Assembly: GCA_017420505.1 (NCBI GenBank)
Contig: JAFOIY010000079.1
Span: forward strand, 1 to 45,555
Reading direction: 5' to 3'
DNA: 45,555 bases
Source: Solobacterium sp.
GTDB taxonomy: Bacteria; Bacillota_I; Bacilli_A; Erysipelotrichales; Erysipelotrichaceae
The notes under the pieces are model-generated. The model saw only the letters and a list, made by a program, of their open reading frames with translations, had not been told where the DNA came from and did no database searches. The translations under genes were made by a program, and so were the position numbers. Positions 41,223 through 45,555 of the stretch are shown here, one piece after another (the stretch's first letter is position 1; the number at the start of each line of letters is the position of its first letter).

Positions 41223-42143
41223 ATGCAAGGTATTATTACAGCGGCTGTAATCGTCGTGATTATAGTCATCGTTCTCATCAACTGCATCCGGATCGTTCCG
41301 CAGGAGAGTGAATATGTTGTGGAACGTCTGGGCAAATACCATACAACCTGGTCTGCAGGCATGCATCTGAAGATGCCGGTCATCGATCAGGTCAGACGCA
41401 GGGTACTCCTGAAGGAACAGGTTGCGGACTTTGCGCCCCAGCCGGTCATTACCAAGGACAACGTTACGATGCAGATCGATTCCGTCGTCTACTTCAAGGT
41501 CATGGAGTCGAAACTCTATACCTACGGTGTAGAGAATCCGATCATGGCAATGGAGAACCTGACCGCGACAACACTGCGTAACATCATCGGTGATCTGACG
41601 CTGGATGAAACGCTGACATCCCGTGACCGGATCAACTCCCAGATGCTGGCCATCATCGACGAAGCGACCGATGCCTGGGGCATCCGGGTCAACCGTGTCG
41701 AGCTCAAGAACATCCAGCCGCCGACAGCCATCCGTGAAGCGATGGAGAAGCAGATGAAGGCAGAACGTGAGAAGCGTGCCGCAATCCTTCAGGCAGAAGG
41801 TGAGAAGCAGTCCATGATCCTTCAGGCGGAAGGTAAGAAGGAGTCGGCTGTGCTGAATGCAGAAGCCGCAAAGCAGGCAACGATTCTGGCGGCGGAAGCC
41901 GAGAAGCAGAAGGAGATCGAAGAGGCGACAGGACGTGCGGAAGCCATCCGCAAGGTTCAGGAAGCGCAGGCAGACGGTATCCGTATGCTGAAGGAAGCAG
42001 GTGCGGATGAAGCAGTCATCCGGCTGAGGAGCCTGGAGGCGCTGCAGGGTGTAGCGAACGGTCAGGCGACAAAGATCATCATTCCTTCGGACATCGCATC
42101 GCTCACCGGTCTGATCGAAGGCGTGAAGGAAGCCGTCAAGTAG
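41223..42143 (+). CDS. SPFH/Band 7 (stomatin-like) membrane protein
   Basis: N-terminal TM, VVERLGKY, PQPVITKDNV, LRNIIG, AMEKQMKAEREKRA and AEG repeats. Confidence 0.92.
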   Translation: MQGIITAAVIVVIIVIVLINCIRIVPQESEYVVERLGKYHTTWSAGMHLKMPVIDQVRRRVLLKEQVADFAPQPVITKDNVTMQIDSVVYFKVMESKLYTYGVENPIMAMENLTATTLRNIIGDLTLDETLTSRDRINSQMLAIIDEATDAWGIRVNRVELKNIQPPTAIREAMEKQMKAEREKRAAILQAEGEKQSMILQAEGKKESAVLNAEAAKQATILAAEAEKQKEIEEATGRAEAIRKVQEAQADGIRMLKEAGADEAVIRLRSLEALQGVANGQATKIIIPSDIASLTGLIEGVKEAVK

Positions 42144-42147
42144 GAAT

Positions 42148-42435
42148 ATGGAGTTTATCGGCATCTTCCTGCTGGCGATGATTGTGATTACGATCGGTTC
42201 AATCAGAAGAGCGCAGCAGACAGTGGTGTCCGGCAGACGTCCGGTTTCTTCGGACGGGCATGAAGTACCGCCGGAGGAAGATCTGACGGTGAACACCAGT
42301 GCGGGCCATTATGCCCACCGTGAGCACAATGAGGATGATTTCGGCAGAAGGTACATCGTCCACAATGAGCCGGTTCAGGGGTATGTAATCCTGAACGGGA
42401 TCATGTGGAAGCTTGAGGACTGCAAGGATCTGTAG
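42148..42435 (+). CDS. Small membrane-anchored hypothetical protein
   Basis: 95 aa with an N-terminal hydrophobic helix, 4 nt after the SPFH stop and ending at a terminator. Confidence 0.6.
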   Translation: MEFIGIFLLAMIVITIGSIRRAQQTVVSGRRPVSSDGHEVPPEEDLTVNTSAGHYAHREHNEDDFGRRYIVHNEPVQGYVILNGIMWKLEDCKDL

Positions 42436-42461
42436 GAGGGGAACGGGAGTTCCTCTCCTTT
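42434..42461 (+). terminator. Terminator hairpin
   Basis: AGGAGGGGAAC-GGGA-GTTCCTCTCCT followed by TT. Confidence 0.65.
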
Positions 42462-42464
42462 CGG

Positions 42465-42493
42465 TTGAGAATGAGGGTCTGATATTGTAGAAT
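42465..42493 (+). promoter_or_regulatory. SigA promoter of tRNA-Gln
   Basis: TTGAGA (42465-42470), 17 bp spacer, TAGAAT (42488-42493). Confidence 0.7.
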
Positions 42494-42501
42494 ACAGGTA
42501 T

Positions 42502-42576
42502 TGCGGCGTAGCCAAGCGGTAAGGCAGGAGACTTTGACTCTCCCATTCGTGTGTTCGAATCACGCCGCCGCAGCCA
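42502..42576 (+). tRNA. tRNA-Gln (anticodon TTG)
   Basis: Acceptor stem TGCGGCG/CGCCGCA, D arm GCC-AAGCGGTAA-GGC, anticodon arm GGAGA-CTTTGAC-TCTCC, T arm GTGTG-TTCGAAT-CACGC, encoded CCA. Confidence 0.97.
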
Positions 42577-42580
42577 TCGG

Positions 42581-42611
42581 AGAACCTCTTCTGTCTTCAG
42601 GAGGGGTTCTT
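42581..42611 (+). terminator. Hairpin after tRNA-Gln
   Basis: AGAACCTCTTCTG-TCTT-CAGGAGGGGTTCT, a 13-bp stem with a weak U-tail. Confidence 0.65.
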
Positions 42612-42631
42612 CATATACAGGAGGAACGGAT

Positions 42632-43378
42632 ATGGAGTATATCAGAGTTACAAAGGACAATCTGGAACAGGAACATATCTGCTGTGCCATTTCCAGCAAT
42701 AAGGATATTCAGGTGGCTTCCAAGAAAGCCTGGCTGCAGGAGCGCTTTGATGACGGTCTGGTGTTCCTGAAGAGTACAGGGCGGGGAAAGTGCTTCATCG
42801 AGTACATACCGGCTGAGAATGCCTGGAATCCGATCACAGCTGCAGGATACATGTACATAGACTGTCTGTGGGTATCCGGATCCTTCAAAGGCCATGGATA
42901 TGCCAATGACCTGCTGGAAGCCTGCATCGCCGACAGCAAGCATAAGGGGAAGCAGGGACTGTGCATCCTGTCTTCCGCAAAGAAAAAGCCGTTCCTTGCG
43001 GATCCGAAGTTCCTGGCTCATAAAGGATTCAAAGTCTGTGATGAAGCGGACAACGGAATCCAGCTGTGGTATCTGCCGTTTGTGGAAAATGCGGATGTTC
43101 CGGCATTCAAGGAATGCGCAAAGCACCCGCATACCGAGGAAGACGGCTATGTTCTGTACTACACCAGCCAGTGCCCGTTCAATGGAAAGTATGTACCGAT
43201 CGTGGAACAGACGGCTGCAGAGAACGGCATTCCGTTCAGAGCGGTGCATCTGCAGAGCAGGGAAGAAGCACAGAACGCACCAACACCGGTGACGACCTAT
43301 GCCCTGTTCCATGATGGTGTGTATCTGACCAATGAGCAGATGAACGACAAAAAGTTCCTGAAGCTGGCCGGCAGGTAA
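42632..43378 (+). CDS. YoaP-domain GNAT-like acetyltransferase
   Basis: EHICCAI, GKCFIEY.PAE.AW, YIDCLWVSG..KGHG, QCPF, EAQNAPTP; SD AGGAGG. Confidence 0.85.
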   Translation: MEYIRVTKDNLEQEHICCAISSNKDIQVASKKAWLQERFDDGLVFLKSTGRGKCFIEYIPAENAWNPITAAGYMYIDCLWVSGSFKGHGYANDLLEACIADSKHKGKQGLCILSSAKKKPFLADPKFLAHKGFKVCDEADNGIQLWYLPFVENADVPAFKECAKHPHTEEDGYVLYYTSQCPFNGKYVPIVEQTAAENGIPFRAVHLQSREEAQNAPTPVTTYALFHDGVYLTNEQMNDKKFLKLAGR

Positions 43379-43393
43379 TCGGCTGAAACCAAG

Positions 43394-43422
43394 AAAAAAG
43401 TACAGTCCGGACTGTACTTTTT
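43394..43422. terminator. Bidirectional terminator between the yoaP-like gene and mtnN
   Basis: Perfect palindrome AAAAAGTACAGT-CCGG-ACTGTACTTTTT between convergent genes. Confidence 0.85.
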
Positions 43423-43428
43423 GTTTTC

Positions 43429-44106
43429 TCAGAGCTCTGTCAGGATTTCATCCAGGATATCCAGGCAGGCGGATGAAGTTTCATCAAGCGCTTTGGTGTA
43501 TTCGTCTGCACCACCGCTGACACTGTCGGATACCATCTTGATGAAAAGGGAAGGTATGCCGCTTCTGTCCGCAGTGATTACAATGCCTGCACATTCCATT
43601 TCACAGATGTCTGCTTCAAACTGTTCATGGAGCGCATTCTTCGCTGCGAATCCTTCTACGAACTTATCGCCGGAAGCACAGGTGACCGGACGTAGGTCCG
43701 GATGGTTTTTCCGAGCTTTAGCGAACAGTTCCTTGTTTACAGGGATGAACCGGGAAGGATAGTTCAGATATCTGCCGGGTTCGGTTCCATCTATGAAGGA
43801 ACAATCGAAATCATAGTGCACAATGCGTTCGACAATGCAGGCACGGCTGATGGCCATATCATCCGTAAGTCCGCCGACAACACCGAAGTTGACGACGACA
43901 TCGACGTCGAATTCGCTGATGAGGTACTGGGTGGCGGCTGCGGCGGCGATTTCCCCCGCACCGCTGTGCACGACATACAGGTCAAAATGCTGTGTATGGA
44001 AAATCATTGCCCGGAAGCCTTTGTGCTCTCGGATTTCATGGGGTGTTCCGTATTTTCTCTCCAGTGCCGCGATTTCTACGGCAACGACCATTCCTGCTTT
44101 GATCAT
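43429..44106 (-). CDS. mtnN: 5'-methylthioadenosine/S-adenosylhomocysteine nucleosidase
   Basis: SGAGEIAAA, VVNFGVVGGL, ASGDKFV, CEMECAG and KMVSD (PNP/UDP fold). Confidence 0.85.
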   Translation of the reverse strand: MIKAGMVVAVEIAALERKYGTPHEIREHKGFRAMIFHTQHFDLYVVHSGAGEIAAAAATQYLISEFDVDVVVNFGVVGGLTDDMAISRACIVERIVHYDFDCSFIDGTEPGRYLNYPSRFIPVNKELFAKARKNHPDLRPVTCASGDKFVEGFAAKNALHEQFEADICEMECAGIVITADRSGIPSLFIKMVSDSVSGGADEYTKALDETSSACLDILDEILTEL

Positions 44107-44173
44107 AGGACTGCCTCTCTTTCCTGTGCATTATATCATGGTAGAATGATGACAGAGAACAGGAGACAGGAGT

Positions 44174-45316
44174 ATGGAATACAGAACACTGGGGAAAACA
44201 GGGCTTCAGGTAAGCGAGATCGGTTTCGGCGGTGAGTGGCTGGAACGCCATCCGGAAGAAGAATCCGTCGCATTGGTAAAGTACGCGGCAGAGCAGGGGA
44301 TCAATATCATCGACTGCTGGATGCCGGATCCAAAATCCAGGGATATCATCGGCAAAGGCATGGCCGGAAACCGGGAACACTGGATTGTCCAAGGCCATAT
44401 CGGTTCCACCTACCAGAACGGTCAGTATGTACGTACGAGGGATATGAAGTATGTTGTGCCTGCTTTTGAGGATCTGCTGCAGAGGCTGCAGACGGACTAT
44501 ATAGATCTGGGCACAATCCACTACATCGATTCGGAAGAAGACTGGAATACGGCAATGAATACGGACTACATCAAGTATGTCCATGAACTGCATGACAAGG
44601 GTATCATCCGTCATATCGGACTGTCTACGCACAACCCGCGCATTGCAAAGAAAGCCGTAGAGACCGGATTCATTGAGATGATCCTCTTCAGCATCAATCC
44701 TGCCTTTGATATGCATCCGGCAACGGAGAACCTGGACAATATGTTCGGGGAATATGACACAGGCCTTTCCGGCATTGATCCGGAAAGGGCGGAGCTGTAC
44801 CGTCTCTGTGAAGAGAAGAACGTAGGCATTACGGTCATGAAGGGATTCTTCGGCGGAAGACTGTTCGACGCGAAGACATCACCGTTCGGAGCGGCGTTCA
44901 CCCCTGTACAGTGCATTCACTATGCACTGACCCGTCCGGGTGTCTGTTCCATCCTGTGCGGCTATGATACGAAGGAGCAGGTCGATGAAGCTGTGTCGTA
45001 TCTGCGTGCGGATGATGATGCGAAGGATTATGCGAGCATCATTGCGTCTGCGCCTCTGCATGCCTACAGCGGCCAGTGCACATACTGCGGACACTGCAGG
45101 CCGTGTCCGGTGAACATTGATATCGCGATGGTGAACAAGTTCTATGATCTGGCTGTCCAGCAGCCGGCTGTACCGGAAAGCGTGCAGGCACACTATGAAG
45201 CGCTTGATGTGACAGCTTCGGCGTGCATCGGCTGCCGCAGCTGTGAAAGCCGGTGCCCGTTCGGTGTGGAAGTAGCGGAACGGATGATCCGGACCGCGGA
45301 ACTGTTCGGCAAGTAA
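44174..45316 (+). CDS. Aldo/keto reductase with a C-terminal 4Fe-4S dicluster
   Basis: YRTLGKTGLQVSEIGFG, LQTDYIDL, GIIRHIGLSTH; CTYCGHCRPCP and CIGCRSCESRCP. Confidence 0.9.
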   Translation: MEYRTLGKTGLQVSEIGFGGEWLERHPEEESVALVKYAAEQGINIIDCWMPDPKSRDIIGKGMAGNREHWIVQGHIGSTYQNGQYVRTRDMKYVVPAFEDLLQRLQTDYIDLGTIHYIDSEEDWNTAMNTDYIKYVHELHDKGIIRHIGLSTHNPRIAKKAVETGFIEMILFSINPAFDMHPATENLDNMFGEYDTGLSGIDPERAELYRLCEEKNVGITVMKGFFGGRLFDAKTSPFGAAFTPVQCIHYALTRPGVCSILCGYDTKEQVDEAVSYLRADDDAKDYASIIASAPLHAYSGQCTYCGHCRPCPVNIDIAMVNKFYDLAVQQPAVPESVQAHYEALDVTASACIGCRSCESRCPFGVEVAERMIRTAELFGK

Positions 45317-45459
45317 GTGATGAAGTACCGGTAAAAGAAAAGCCGGTCCGGAAGGCCTACTCAAGAATACAATTATTCACACAGTACTGGATGTTCCGAT
45401 TGGCTTGTGCATGATGAACGGACGATCCGGACTGTTGTAATGATCAAGAGGGAAAAGGA

Positions 45460-45555
45460 ATGAGCGGAGAAAAAAGGATCTGCCTGACCTTCGATGATGG
45501 TCCGTCAGAATATACGGAAAACCTGCTGGACGGTCTGGCAGAGAGGAATGCAAAA
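45460..45555 (+). CDS. Polysaccharide deacetylase (NodB-like), partial (runs off the right edge)
   Basis: Hand translation MSGEKRICLTFDDGPSEYTENLLDGLAERNAK contains the TFDDGP signature. Confidence 0.85.
   Translation, partial: MSGEKRICLTFDDGPSEYTENLLDGLAERNAK

Noticed and set aside
42502-45555. Island integrated at tRNA-Gln
   Set aside because: No integrase or duplicated tRNA 3' end is visible in the window, and the downstream genes look like housekeeping genes.

Overview
Mostly core-chromosome window from a Bacillota genome; gene order and protein style suggest an Erysipelotrichaceae-like organism, which is an inference. Order: partial DUF937 gene (-), M50 peptidase, GT2; rpsF-ssb-rpsR with an S6:S18-type leader; yybS-gdpP-rplI-dnaB-M23-yycJ-htrA-like-rlmH; ptsH, pgm; glgB-glgP-pulA-DUF885-ung-folC; glgC-glgD-glgA-pgk-tpiA-eno; an accessory block (PSD-family decarboxylase, crotonase, DIP1984-family gene followed by a ~185-nt structured RNA candidate); secG-rnr-smpB-hypothetical; an orphan antisense-strand sRNA candidate rich in CUCC motifs; csoR-copA-SPFH; tRNA-Gln(UUG); yoaP-like, mtnN, Fe-S aldo/keto reductase and a partial polysaccharide deacetylase. 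I saw no integrase, transposase or CRISPR array. The best leads are the DIP1984 gene plus tRNA-like structured RNA module, the promoter-to-terminator sRNA with anti-SD motifs, a nested in-frame CopZ start inside copA, a psd gene whose stop lies beyond its terminator, and an apparently catalytically dead HtrA. All calls were made by eye, with no database searches.
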